64,000 nucleotides of DNA from Azolla caroliniana (Eukaryota > Plantae > Polypodiophyta). This document shows, one piece after another, positions 40,995 to 54,500 of the stretch. Position numbers and translations under genes: made by a program. Location of the stretch: assembly GCA_043228905.1 (NCBI GenBank), contig JBHGNT010000005.1:2604001-2668000 (forward strand), written 5' to 3'. The notes beneath the pieces are model-generated. The model had not been told where the DNA came from. It saw only the letters and a program-made list of their open reading frames with translations, and did not search any database. Positions within the stretch are counted from its first letter, which is position 1. Each line of letters starts with the position of its first letter.

Positions 40995-41819
40995 CTTCAT
41001 CCAACAATGGTCGTCCTCTCCCTTTCTTGAGTCAGTGGGCATCCACATAAGATGGAACTATCGCGTCCCTACAGGGATTTGTATATAATAATCTCATTTG
41101 TAAATTTTATGACTAATGGAAGGAGTTTTTTTGGGGGAAAAAAATATTATATTATAAAAAACTAATTTTCCAATTTGTTGAACTGCATCACTAAAGTTCA
41201 TGAATATAAATTTGTTTCAATTAGTGACATTTCGAAATTTTGTTGGTGTTTTATAGTGCAAACATGTTCATAGAAATGCATTATCAATCCTCATTCAAGT
41301 CATGTCTTCAAAATATAAGAGGCGTGATCTAATGCCTTAGCTTGTGCAACAACTTGAAACTTCATTAATGGTATACATGTAAGTTGCATTCACTCTTCAT
41401 CGTCAAAACATTTGATTGCTTGTTAAAACATAAAGACTATCATGGATTGTACAATGTGTTTTTTTAAAGCATACTCACACAAGCTCCGTGAAATTGAAAA
41501 GTTGCACTTTAGCTTCACATGTTTATCAAATATAAAGTTCAAAAACATGTTGTATAATATAATGGTCATTTTGCAAGTAATAATGATCTTCGATAATATT
41601 TCACATAAGAAAACCTATTAAAATGTTATTTTTAGCAAGTCCTCAATTATATGTCAAGGGCTAGCCCAGAGCAACTAATACACTAACACATCCAATATGT
41701 AGAGATAGATGAACGTAATGTTGGAAAATGTATATCAAATAATGTTGTATTGGCATTTATAATATCTCATTAGTTTCTCACACTTTTGATATGTGGTCAA
41801 AACATCTCCATTATAAGAC

Positions 41820-42540
41820 TGCTATGTTAGATATGATCAAGGAAGTTAGAGAAAAAAGTGAGACATTTTGGAAACGGATATGGGTCATGCAAATTCCAAA
41901 GAAGATTATTTTATTTAGATGGTTGATTGTTCATTATGGCGTTCTTGTTAGGGATTTGATGTATTGTAAGGATGTGGATAAGATGTGTGATTTTTGCGAA
42001 TTAGAGATGGAGTTTCGTCATCACCTATTCTGGTCCTATATGGTTACTAAATTGATTTGGAAAAGGTTGTTGCGTCTCTTGAGGTATATGGCTCTAATGT
42101 ATATAAATGGGGGGTCGTGATGTGGGTTGATATTAAGGGTGAGGTACAAGATTATGCAAAAGAAAAGGTTAACTTTGCATTGTATACAAGAGTCGATATG
42201 TTGAGGAAGGGTCGCCATGTATTAATTCAATACAAAATGGGGTGGTTTGGGATGATTAGTTTAATAGTCTTATGGTTTTTGTGGACTAGTAGATGTCTAA
42301 GGATATTTTAGGAAATGCACGGGAATGATGTGGATGTAGTCAAGGAGATTTGGTTGGCTTTGGTGCATACACTAAAAGGTGAATATGATGCTATCAAGAG
42401 TGATTTAGATGTAGTCTTTCGAAAGCAAGAGGTCTTTAAGAAGAGATGGAAAGGATGAATGTCTTCTACATGGTTAATGGTTGTGTACATTGGAGGTATC
42501 AACCACCTCTTTCGGTATTTCCTCCACTGACATGAGGCAG
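41820..42540 (+). mobile_element. 5'-truncated LINE (zf-RVT C-terminus), frameshifted
   Basis: FWKRIWVMQIPKKIILFRWL, CDFCELEMEFRHHLFW, LWFLWTSRC, EIWLALVHTLKGEYD, WRYQPPLSVFPP. Confidence 0.85.
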
Positions 42541-43767
42541 GTGGCCATGTTCAACTATTCTTGGTAATGCTTTGGGAGATATGTATGGCTGTGGTGGCCT
42601 AAGAGTAGTTGAAAAGATAAACTTCTCAGCTGAAGTATCATGTAAATTGCTTTAGACATAATATAAACCACTATTGACAAAAATAAATTTGAGAAATAAA
42701 TATATGCCATTTAAAAGAAATCGTGATCTTATGAAACCTCTAATAAAGGATTGTGGAGGATATGCTAGCAAAGGTGTGAGAAACACAAGACTCCAACATT
42801 GTTACTAGGTAGTCATGCGCACAAAATTGTTCGAATATTTGACATTGTTATGTTATGTTTACATTTACAATACATGGTAAAAAGCTAGATATAGCATAAA
42901 AATAATACACATGTTTGATAATTTAATCACTGTGACATTTCATTATCACGTGATGATCATCCTTCAGAATAAATAAAGAGAAAGAGAAAGTTGCAGAATA
43001 TATTGATAAATGGGTAGGTGAATCAATGTTGCCAAAAGTAGATAGATTATTCCTTGGATGCGAAAATGCTCAAGAAACTATACAGAAAACAATGTGTTAT
43101 TGAGTCATGTGAATCCATACAAATGTTTTTCTATTCTAAAAGTTACTTAATAGTCAAGTTAAGATATACTATATACATGATAATGATAAAATATAATAGC
43201 TCACATATGGGAAGGAAAGCAAGCAAATATTGAATGAACACTCTTGAAAAATGGATGTGTATTGTAGATAAGGCAATAAATATTCAAACTCGCATTATGA
43301 GTGCCCATTCTTATGAACCAATAGTTGGCATTACAGTTATTGAGCCTCCTATAAATATTTTGAAGCACCAACATCACAAAAAATACAATGTAAAAGTTTG
43401 TGTTCATATTATAACCATTTTGTACGTTTGCTACTCAGTAAATGTAGCTCATGTTCATGCTTGTGGGCAACTTCAGTATCCTATGATTTCTTGTTGTATC
43501 TCGACCTCGATTAAATTATCCACATCCGGAGGATTGTTCTCATGCCACTTTTGGGAGCAAATTGTTAATTTTTATTAATGACCTAAAAAGAGCATGAAGG
43601 CCATTTGCAGTGAGTCAACCATTGCTTGAGATTTTACCTTGCAACGTAAGGTTAGATTTGTCATTACACCATCATGTTTGTAAAAATTAGAGTTGGAAAC
43701 TTTAATAATGTCACCGATGAAGTCTTTCAAATAATGTTTAAAAACAATTATTTTAAAGATGATTCAT

Positions 43768-44905
43768 TTTTTTCCAAAAAACCACTACTTCGCATTAGTT
43801 AGCAAATAGAATACAACAAAGTTTATCCAAATCCACAATGGGATCAACATATACAACTTGGAGAAACAACTCCAAAACTATCAACCAAAAACAGCAAAAA
43901 AAAACTCAACCGATCCTTAACTCAAGCAAAATTGAATTAAACCCTATTTTACCCCGACTCTACAACTCCCTGACGCACGCTTGTGTCAGCTATACATACA
44001 TAATTACAACCCATGTACAATATTGGGAGCCATCGGTGGAAACAACCACCTAGGTGCTTGGTAATTCCACTTAGGCCTGGATGAAGATTTGACTAGCATG
44101 GGAGAGCTACTCCATTTCAGCATGAACTTTGACCTTGCCCTTTTTGCTTCTTATGAATCCCCTTGAATCGAATCATACCGACCGCGCAACCAAGCCACAA
44201 GATCAAACCAGATATTTAACATCATCTCCCCGCATGAGATCTTTTGTTGCTGAAAAACAACCTTACAATGCCTGATCCGGATGTGCCAGGTCGTCAAATA
44301 GGCCACCATAAGCCAAATCTCCTCAAAAATTTCAGAATTTGTGCCTTGTCTCACCCCATCACATTGGAACACGCCACCACCCTGCACTATAAATCCATGT
44401 CCTTGTGGGTTTAACCGTTCACCCCAGCTTTCCCCTTTTAAGGACAACCCTTGTATTGAGCCCCACACAACGTTCCCTTTCACACCACAAGTTGCCACGA
44501 TTCGAAGGCTTCTACTCCAAATGCTAATCGCCTCTGTACAATTCCAAAAACAATGAGAGATTGATTCTAAAGCCTGTCCACATAACTTACAACTAGCCTC
44601 ACCACCACGGGAGCTCAACCACTCGCCTATAGGTACCGCCTTGTGGCTAAGAAGCCACCACCAAGCCTTAATTTTTTTTGGCATATCCAATGCCCATAGT
44701 CTCCTCCAAAACGACTTCAAATCGTCGTCTGAAATGCCTTTATCCTTCCAGTTGTTGCGAATCATTCCAGCATCCACGGTTTTGGAGCCAACGATTCGTC
44801 TTCCTAGCTTGGTATTGTATTCAAAAAACTTGAAAAAGTTTTTTGTTCCTGCTGTCTGCCACCAAACCTCCAATGGGTCCCACTCCAAATCATATAACAA
44901 AACCA
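43768..44905 (-). mobile_element. 5'-truncated LINE, least degraded copy, with 3' UTR and short A tail
   Basis: 252-aa ORF with LEWDPLEVWW, FWRRLWALDMPKKIKAWWWL, CKLCGQALESISHCFWNC, LRGRYDS; continues past one stop to WNYQAPRWLFPP. Confidence 0.9.
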
Positions 44906-45062
44906 ACAAGGAAATCTACATAATAAAATTTGAACCCATCAAGCAATTATACACTTCTATGACAAGGGGGAATATGAAGGTGTGATCGGGAGGTAGCACA
45001 AGAAATACATTTATCACAAAGATTGACGGTTATGAGAAGGTTGTATAGTGCTTGGTGTGATG

Positions 45063-45211
45063 AGATAGATTTTAGAGAGAGAGAGAGAGAGAGAGAGAGC
45101 CTACACAAATGTAGAGTTAACGAGCTTTCATGTTAAGACCATACAATTGTGGGCTCAACAATACATATTGTGATGGCATAAAGTAATACTCTCTCTCTCT
45201 CAAATCTATCT
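45063..45211 (+). mobile_element. Diverged SINE-like copy C enclosed by an inverted repeat that includes (GA)n/(TC)n
   Basis: AGATAGATTTTAGAGAGAGAG... and ...CTCTCTCTCTCTCAAATCTATCT arms; the interior shares gcc..atgtag..agacc..gtgggctcaac..tacat..tggcat with copies A and B. Confidence 0.5.
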
Positions 45212-48200
45212 AACATTTAACATTTAAATACATATTAGGGACACTATTTAACATTTAAATACATACATACTAACCTTAAAGTTACTTTGTCAATTTGCTC
45301 TTTTTTTGTTTAATACCACAAAAGTCCAAATGGCATAAACTTAAAAAAGGATTCTTAATGTATACCTACTATTTGAAATCATTAGAAGTCATTGTTAACA
45401 AGTAGTTTTTACTTTTCTTTTAACTATTATGTATGTCCTAAGCAATGCAAGCCATGTTCAATTTCCATGATGTGATGATAGTTTACAAAGCTCTAAGAAG
45501 TTGGATGTGAAGATTGAAGTTGAAGCTAAACAACGAAGATCAAGTAATAATTCCATCCTTTTTAACTAAAGATTAAGTTATGTGTTTATCCCATTGAACT
45601 CAAATCAAAGTTGAAGAGCTTGATGCATTTTATGCAAGCACTTCTAAAGGTTTGTATTAATAATAAACACATCGAACTAATTGTATTGTTTTTTAATGCC
45701 TAAATGATGTTGTTGTGTTTGATATGTTGCTATATAATGGAGCTTACATGAATTTTATTGTTTACACTAGAGGTAAGATTACATGAATTCTTGAGGTAAG
45801 CGATGTTTAATCCTTCATCTTAATTGTCGTGAACTTAGAGTATATTTACCCAACATGATCAACTATTGTAAACTCATTGTAATTGCAACTACTGTAGATT
45901 GTAACTTTCTTTTAGAAAATGACATGAAGTGTTTGATGTATTGTGCATAAGGTACTTATTTTATAAGTATTTATCAAATGTAAAAATAAAATAAAAGTTA
46001 AAGTACTCTTGGTTTGGGAGGTACTTAACCTGTATTAATACGTGAAAAATGTATGGTACTTGAATCGTGTTGAAAGTAACTGACAACCACGTGTCCGAGA
46101 TAAACAATGCCTCGTAGAGATCAATTTAATTATCGATGAAGGCATCTAGTAGTTGTTGTAAGGGATTCTAAAGAAGAATCCCACATGTTGCCCTCTTTTA
46201 CATAATAGTTGTAAAAGCATCCTCTCATACACCTTACCTCTTCATAATAAATCTGGATCCTATAAGAAGACATCGAGACGTTGCACAATTTATACGAACC
46301 AATGGAGACATTGCCTGCCTACCTTTTGTTTACATAATAGTTGTGAGGGCATCCCCACCTACAACTCGCATGCTTGAAAGAATACGACATTTCATATTGG
46401 TAGACTATTTACAAAAATGCTTTTAGAATAGAATAGACATAATATTATTTCATGTTTATTTTTTCATTTTAAGGCTCTATAAACCCACAAGGTATTCAAT
46501 TGAAGGCATGGATCTAACATATAGATAGACGAACATTCACAGGGTGTGAACATATATATGTGTTCGTGTGTGCATATTTAGATGTCTACATCATCTTGGT
46601 GTGCAAATGTAGATTATGATGCACACGATGCAATATTGACATGAAAAGGCGATATGATGTAGGAGAGCCATCCCCATCATCAATCTCATGAAACTCTCCA
46701 CAGCTAGGATGTAGCGGTGGTCTTGGCTGTGTATGAAACCCCCCAACTGATCACGATTTTGCTTGAGAGCGCGACAAAAGAGAATAAGTGTTGTCAACTT
46801 TTTGAGCTACTTCCTTTTTAAAGGGCATTCACTTTATACCTAGGAAGTTTATGACACTGGTTGTGGCCTATTAGATGACTTACCTTGTCCTCCATACCTA
46901 GGAAGTTTATGACAATAACAGTTTAGGGGACAATTTACCTCGTCCTTGATTATGTCAACCTAGGAAAAAACTTTGTTGTCTTGGGGTATATAATGCACAT
47001 GTTCCACCCATAATACGAGGATGTTTCCATCTATTTGAACATTTGCTTCTTTTTTAAGTAAGCTTGCATCTTGGGTAGAAAAAACCAAGTTTTAGCACAA
47101 TCCAAGATGTCTTGGTTGCTCCTTTGTTGTCCCTCTTTGCCTCCTTTTGAGGCAGGGATGCTTCGTGGGCAAGAAACAACTTGGTTTTCCAATATATTTT
47201 TGGTTACCACTTTGTTGTTCCCTAACCAAAATTGTAGGTTGTGATTGGTCTTGTCCAATAATGCTTTGATGCTATGTGGCCATCATCTTATATATGCCCA
47301 ACATTGTATGTGTGCACTAATGTTTTGCACCAATTCAATCATCCTACTAGTCAATCATGGATATTATATAGCAAGCTTGTTAATATTTATTTAAAGAGGT
47401 TTCCATTGCAGCCAAAATAGCATTTAAACACCAAGTCTTCGATGTCTAGACATCCCCTATCTCAAATCAATTTGGTTATGCTACCAATTGTGCAAAGCTA
47501 CACATGTCTACAATTATGATAAAACTTCTAATCGATGATAGTCACAATATGAAAATGGGACTATAATTGAAATCAACTAGAGATAAAGAGGTTTGGCCAT
47601 TTCAAGATTGTGTAAATACAGCCTTGGAGTGCGATATGATGAGAAACATGAATGCCCAAGCACTTATGAATGAGTACTCAGCACAGTTATTGCCATGGTG
47701 GATGTAAATAAAACCAAGGTTAGAGAATAACATTGAACATAATGATGGGATTCACTTGCAATGAAATATAAGATAAATTTGTATAAACATTTGCATGGCT
47801 CTAGATTGATGAGCATGATGGATGATGTGTCATGTTCAACGCCTTGGTAGATGCAAATGTCATAATTGATATTAGGTATGGCATCACTTCACACTAGGTC
47901 CTAGGTGGGGGAGGGGGATCTAGAACGAGAGGATGAAATTGCCAAGCAAAAATCATAAGTTTTTAATGCCAAAATGCTTATGTGGTATGGTTAGCTTCGT
48001 TTATTGGGCATCATTGAAAATATGGTGACCCTAGGGAGTTTCTTATTTGACCGACATATGATTCAACCAACGTACTTGCACACATTCTTTCCTCGATGGC
48101 CCACGAATGAGGTAGTCTACGCTATTGCCATTTGTCCATTATCCATGCAATGCATGCTAGGTTCATAATTTCGAGTTAGAATCTATTCCATACTATTATT

Positions 48201-48235
48201 TACAGTGTCGAAGTAATTGATAGTCAACCTCTTTC

Positions 48236-48377
48236 TCCCACAAAGTTTAGTCATAACTTACCCTATGATCCCCAATAACTTGGGCACCGACAAAACTTTT
48301 CCTTATCCCACAAAGTTTAGTCATAACTTACCCTATGATCCCCAATAACTTGGGCACCGACAAAACTTTTCCTTATC
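48236..48377. repeat. Perfect 70-bp tandem duplication
   Basis: tcccacaaagtttagtcataacttaccctatgatccccaataacttgggcaccgacaaaacttttccttat occurs twice. Confidence 0.95.
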
Positions 48378-49027
48378 GATAAAGGCAAAGTTAAAGGATC
48401 CCCTTACAAATGAGTATATTTGTGATTAATACTTTCCCCATCATAAGCATTCTAAAATCAATCGAGTTTAAGCAAGTAACTTGAGGGCAAGTTTTATTGG
48501 AGCATCAGTTGTGAGGGGTTGTGCTCTTGGCATGACATCCTGAGGGGCTGGTTAGATTGACAACGCGATGATTGGAATGGCAAGCCTTTGTATGCATACA
48601 AACGATGACATAAAGAGACACAGACAAGGTGGTTTGCTCAGAATGAATTTTCGGGACTGCTTTTGTGGACGAGAGGATTTCGTCGGATCAGGTCAGGTCA
48701 GGGCGGACTGGGCTCCTTTGAGAGAATGTGAATGTGGGTGCATACCCAACCAACCACCCATATTACGGGTTGTGCATTGTGTTTGGGCCAAGCAAGTGGT
48801 CTCCATACATAATAGATACATAGATAGATTTGACTACTACTACTTCCTTCTTCTACTACCACTACTACGAGTACTAGTAGATCACAAAGAAGACCTTAGA
48901 CACAAACACAAAGAGAATGGACCCATCATGGAATAGACTTAGAAGAAGGCATATATACATACATACATACAAATTACAATGCTACACGTATAAGCTATCT
49001 ATCTCTATACCGTCTTTTACTTCATTT

Positions 49028-49030
<3 letters not shown>

Positions 49031-49063
<33 letters not shown>

Positions 49064-49339
49064 ACACACACACACAGTCTCTCTCTCTCTCTCTCTGTCA
49101 CACACACACACAGTCTCTCTCTCTCTCTCTCTCTCCTCACACACACACACGCAGTCTCTCTCTCTCTCTCTCTCTCTCCTCACACACACACACATACACA
49201 CACACACACACACAGACACCCCTCGGCTGTCTCCGTGTTTTTTGTTCTTGTTCTTGTTGTTGCAGACAGCGAGCTTCCATGGCTACCTTCACTGGACGTA
49301 GTAAGTAGGTAGCACACACACACACACACACACACACAC
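49031..49339. repeat. Compound (CT)n/(CA)n microsatellite with higher-order units, at the kinesin 5' end
   Basis: Four alternating (CT)n-(CA)n blocks joined by TGT/GT or CCT linkers, plus a further (CA)n at 49313. Confidence 0.92.
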
Positions 49340-50146
49340 CGCCATTCCTCCCTTCTTCGCTGGTTCCATGCGTTTCTGCGGATCATCCTTGAGACGAAGA
49401 ATCTCTAACTTTTCCCAACTATAACTACTATTACTGTTCAAGGGGAGATTAACTGTGGCGGGCTGGCCTTTTGCACCTTTAATCTGTCTACTACCTCCTT
49501 CTCCTCCTCTCCTGTTCCCGCGTCTTGATGTCTCAGCAGGAAAATGCGTGTCCGTGGCAGTGATACATTACTACTAAACTTCTTTCCTTCATTTGCCGAG
49601 TCTCCTCTTTCAAGCTTCAGCGCCGTGTCGCCGATCTCCCACTTCCATGGACCCGTGATTTAGGCGCTGACAAACGGCATCTTATTCACAATACTTGTTT
49701 ACAGATTATTGCTGGCGTCTTAATCATCGCCGGGGCTTTACTTCCTTCTTCTCCAAGCATCCAGCTGGACGGCTCCTGCAGATGCTCTCTCTAGATCTGA
49801 TTCAATACTGCATTTTTCAGCTCAGGTTATGAGCCGTGACGGCGGAAGCATACAGTTCTAACACTTATAGTTGCAGTACATTATCACCAGTTTCTCCTCC
49901 TTATAAGTGTCCATCTGCATCTGCATCTGCATCCCCATCCGCATCCGATCTTCAATCTTTTTCTTTTTCTTAACCGTTATCATTATCACCATCTTCTTCA
50001 TCTTCTTCATCTTGCAGTTGCACTACATTATCTCTGGCTTCTTCTCCTTACCAGTCTAAATCATCTTCTCCTTCTCAGTCATCCTCTCTCTCTCTCGCGA
50101 GGTTCTGTCATCACTACCGAGTACTAAGTGTAGAAGGAATTAGGAA

Positions 50147-53100
50147 ATGTCCAGGGAGGATTGCAGCGACAGCTCCACTTCGACCTCCAATGGCTTCTCG
50201 GGGTCTCCGTCAGCAGGCACGACGGCCTTTGCAGGCTCCATGGTGGTCACTTCTGGCTACTCCTTGGATGCTTCTGCTGACTATCCCATCGCCATGGAAG
50301 GTTGTGGGGATTCAGAAGACTCAGGAGATGTAGGATGGAGCAATCCTGACGCAGCGATGAAAGGAAACGCTATGGAGGAAAAGATATTCGTCACTGTTCG
50401 CGTAAGACCTCTCAATAGCAAAGAAATCTCTAGCTCCGACCGCATCGCATGGGAATGCTCGGATGATAAGACTGTCGTTTGCCTCTATAATCGCCCTGAC
50501 AGACATTTCCCCCAATCTTACTCATTCGGTGAGACAGATTTGAACTGTTTTCTTCATTCTTTTTTTTTCCCCATCCTATGCCATGGTTACAATGGAACAT
50601 CGGAAACATAGTAAACCATAGTGTACTGCAATGTTGCTTCATTAATTTAATTAAGCTTTGATTTTAAATGGAAAAAAACATTGAGATCTCACCTGATTTC
50701 CATAGCTTTAGCTCTGAAATATGATATATATATATATGCACTGTAACACACACATTCCATCACCGCAAATGGTCTACCAAGACCAATTATTGATCAGAAA
50801 GAGAAGAAGAATAAACAGAAGCATGAAGAAGAAGAAGAAGAAGAAGAAGAAGATGCTAACTAATACATCAACTGAACCATTCAAGGAGATTATTGCACTG
50901 ATTTTTCTTGTTCCTTGGCAGATCAGGTATTTGGACCAGAAATTGAAACACGAGAAGTGTATGAAAGAGGCGCTAAAGATGTTGCCCTTTCAGCTTTGAC
51001 AGGGAAAAATGGTGAGTAAACATCCTGTGTTGGAAAGTTTTTTCTTTCATCATCAACGAAAAAGGAAGAATACTTGGGGGAAGGGAACCTTAATTGGGAT
51101 AACAAAGATGTGCTAATTACAATTCAAAACCATGTTTTACCATATGCTTAAGAGAGCTCCTCTTTTATAAGCAATTACAAGGACCTCATGATCCTCAATT
51201 TCTTGGCAGCTACCATATTTGCTTATGGGCAGACATGCAGTGGAAAGACATACACCATGAATGGCATCACAGAAAATGCCGCAGATGACATATTTAGCCA
51301 TATCAAAGAGGTTTGTTTAATTACGCTTTCCTATAGTTGTTTTAAAAGCAAAAAACGAGTGAACTCTTAAGGATGCTTATGTCGATAATATGTCACCTTA
51401 ATTTGAGAGAGTACCCTCACCTTGTTTGTTCATCTTGACTTTTTTCACACAGCATGATGATCAAGTCTTCCTTCTGAAGTTCTCTGCCCTTGAAATATAT
51501 AATGAGGTAGCAAGTGACCTTCTCAATCCAGAAAGTGGGCCCCTTCGCATAATGGATGATCCGGAGGTAAAACTGTTCGTTTTTTAGCTTACTTCATGAT
51601 TAGTTTCATACTGTCCATATGTGATAGGCCACTACACTTTTCTTCTTTGTTTTAGTTTTCGCATTTTTCGATTGTGATATGTGATAATATATATACTTTA
51701 CGAACTATTCATGGTGTTGCTCCAGAGAGGAACAGTCATAGAGAAGCTAGTAGAGGAAACTGTACGAGATAAGAACCATCTTCTTAGTCTTTTGGCAGTA
51801 TGCGAAGGTAAGTTTTTCTTACTCATCTGAAAAGAAATGGTAATTGCCAATTGATCAGAGCTAAGAGGATTTGTGCATATATTTTGCAGCCCACAGACAA
51901 GTGGGAGAAACAGTCTTGAATGACATAAGCTCAAGGTCTCATCAGATCATCAAGCTGGTAATACCACAATTCCTTTCATCAAGCTACATGTCCTTAACTA
52001 ACTATTGTCCTGATGTCTTTCAAATTCTTGGTTTTACGTTTGTCCTATGCAGACCATTGAAAGTTCACCACTTGAGGTCACAGATGATAGGCCTGTTAAG
52101 ACTTTGGTCGCAGCCTTGGTGAGTACACAATCTCTCGCAAAAATCTAGTCATCTCATCTATATAAGCACAGAAGAGAGTTTTAAAACTTCTGTACAGAAC
52201 TTTGTTGATCTTGCAGGAAGTGAGCGAGCATCACTAACGCAGTCAGAAGGGACTACACTGAAGGAAGGTTGCTACATCAATCGAAGTCTCTTAACTTTGA
52301 GCACTGTAATTCGTAAGCTAAGGTAAGAGGTATTTTGTGTTGCTTTGCGAGATATGGCATAAAATTATTGTCATTTATTTTAATGTCTCAATCAGGTATC
52401 ACTTTAAGGATTATTAAGAAATTTGTTGAAATCAGTTAATAAAAGCGGGTAATGTGATTGTGTTATATAGAATAGTCATGTATTTGAGCTCATGATGAAA
52501 TTACTCGCAAATGCAGTGACCCAAACAGACCAAAAACAGCACATATTCCATATAGAGAGTCAAAGTTAACACGCATATTGAGTAATGCACTTGGAGGAAA
52601 TGCTCGTACTGCAATAATTTGCACAATGAGTCCATCAAATCGGCATGTGGATCAGACAAGGTACACTCTGTTCTTTGCAACTTGTGCAAAGGAGGTGACA
52701 AACCGAGCTCAAGTGAATGTGGTGAGTTTTGTTTTCTCCTTGATCAATGTGCATGGAAGTTTACAATCAATCTAATAGTTGTCAAATGGACTGTGATTGA
52801 ATTATTAATGGAATCGGGTCTCCTTTCTAGGTTATTTCAGAGAAGGACCTTATAAAGCAGTTGAAGAAGGAGGTAGCCATTCTTGAAGCTGAATTGCGTC
52901 GCACATCTATCTCGTCTCAAAGCTCGATCAATGAGTTATTACTGGAAAAAGATCTCCAGATTCAAAAGGTAAGGTGAATGCGTAATTGCTGTTGTGAGAA
53001 AGTTTTCTGCAGCAAAGTGTAGTTTTTAGGTTTCCATATCATAATGACACCTTTTTTTTACAGATGCAAAGAGAGATGCAAAAAGCATTGCAACAACGAG

Positions 53101-54450
53101 ATTCTGCTCTCTCCCAACTAGATGACTACCGACAAGGACATGACACAAAGCAACCAAAAAGTCAAGTAAGAACCTTCATTATGGGACATACATGTATATA
53201 AAAGCAGAAGGCACGCATGTTTGTTTAAAAAGCTAAGAACTTTCATTAGATCCATTTAGAGAGCATAAAATAGTAAAACCATGAACTTACAAGAGTTTCT
53301 TGAATGGTGCATACAGGTTTCTAATAAAGTGGATGTTATGACCAACACATATACTCCTAATGGTAATGCCAAAGGTCTCACATTTAGTAGCACGTTATGC
53401 AATGATGCTTCAGGTGGACAGAGAAAAAGTCTCAGATGGAAGGATCAGAGCATGATAAATGGGAATTTGCAACTACCAATAGAGGATCTTAAAGCGAAAT
53501 TTGGAGAAAAGCAAACATCTGTGTCGGCCATCTTGCTAGAAGAGATCTATAAACTAGAGCACCTTCAAAATGAGCTTGCCCAAGATGCAAATAGAGCCTT
53601 AGAAGTGGTTCAAAAAGAAGTAGAATGCCTATGCTTAACACAAACGGATATGAACCAAGAAGCAGCTGAGAGTGTGGCAAAGCTGCAAGCAGAAATTAGT
53701 GAAATATATGAGTCCCGTGTCATGGGAGCTAAGAATTCTACGCTTTCAAATGACGTTGATTCTGATGGAAGCAAAAGGTTTTATTCTCTTAAGGACGAAA
53801 TTCAGAGAGTAGCGTCTGAAGATAAGCAAAGACCTGGTGATGGACGTGAAAGCTTTCAAGAGATGTTGACAAATATGCATATCACATTCGGAGAGTTTGG
53901 ATTACCTTCATCACAAGAACAATTAGGTACGGAAGGTCAAGCTCAAGATAAATGTAGCCAAACCCTTGGAGCTCTATCAAAATCAAATGGAATGATTGAA
54001 GAGGTCAAGCAAACAAGAACGCAAACACAAGCGCAAACAGGTGAGGCTGCCATGTTTGTAAATTTTTCATTACTACCTGGCCTATTTTCTTTTTTCATGC
54101 GTAATAGAAAAATCCTTGGAAAATACCACAAGGAGTGTAGTGGAAGTTTTATATAAGTCTATGATCAATCATGATGTAATAACATGAATAACCTCATCAA
54201 ATCACTCTCTTTGCTATATAACTGAATACTGAAATTAAATCTAGTAAAACAAGCTGAATATATTCACGTCATGCGTTCATTCTTTTGATGTGTTGCAGAG
54301 GAAAGCATTAGAAGTGTTTATGCATTTGTATCGGATATGAAAGAGAAGATGTCAAAATTGCAGTATCAGAAACAGCTATTACTACATCGAGTAAGAGAGA
54401 TTAAATTGCAAGTGGAATTAAAACATTCAGCATGTGTATCTATCTATATA

Positions 54451-54500
<50 letters not shown>

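Noticed and set aside
48917-49386. ORFs with THTH/CVCV/RERE runs
   Set aside because: Microsatellite translations.
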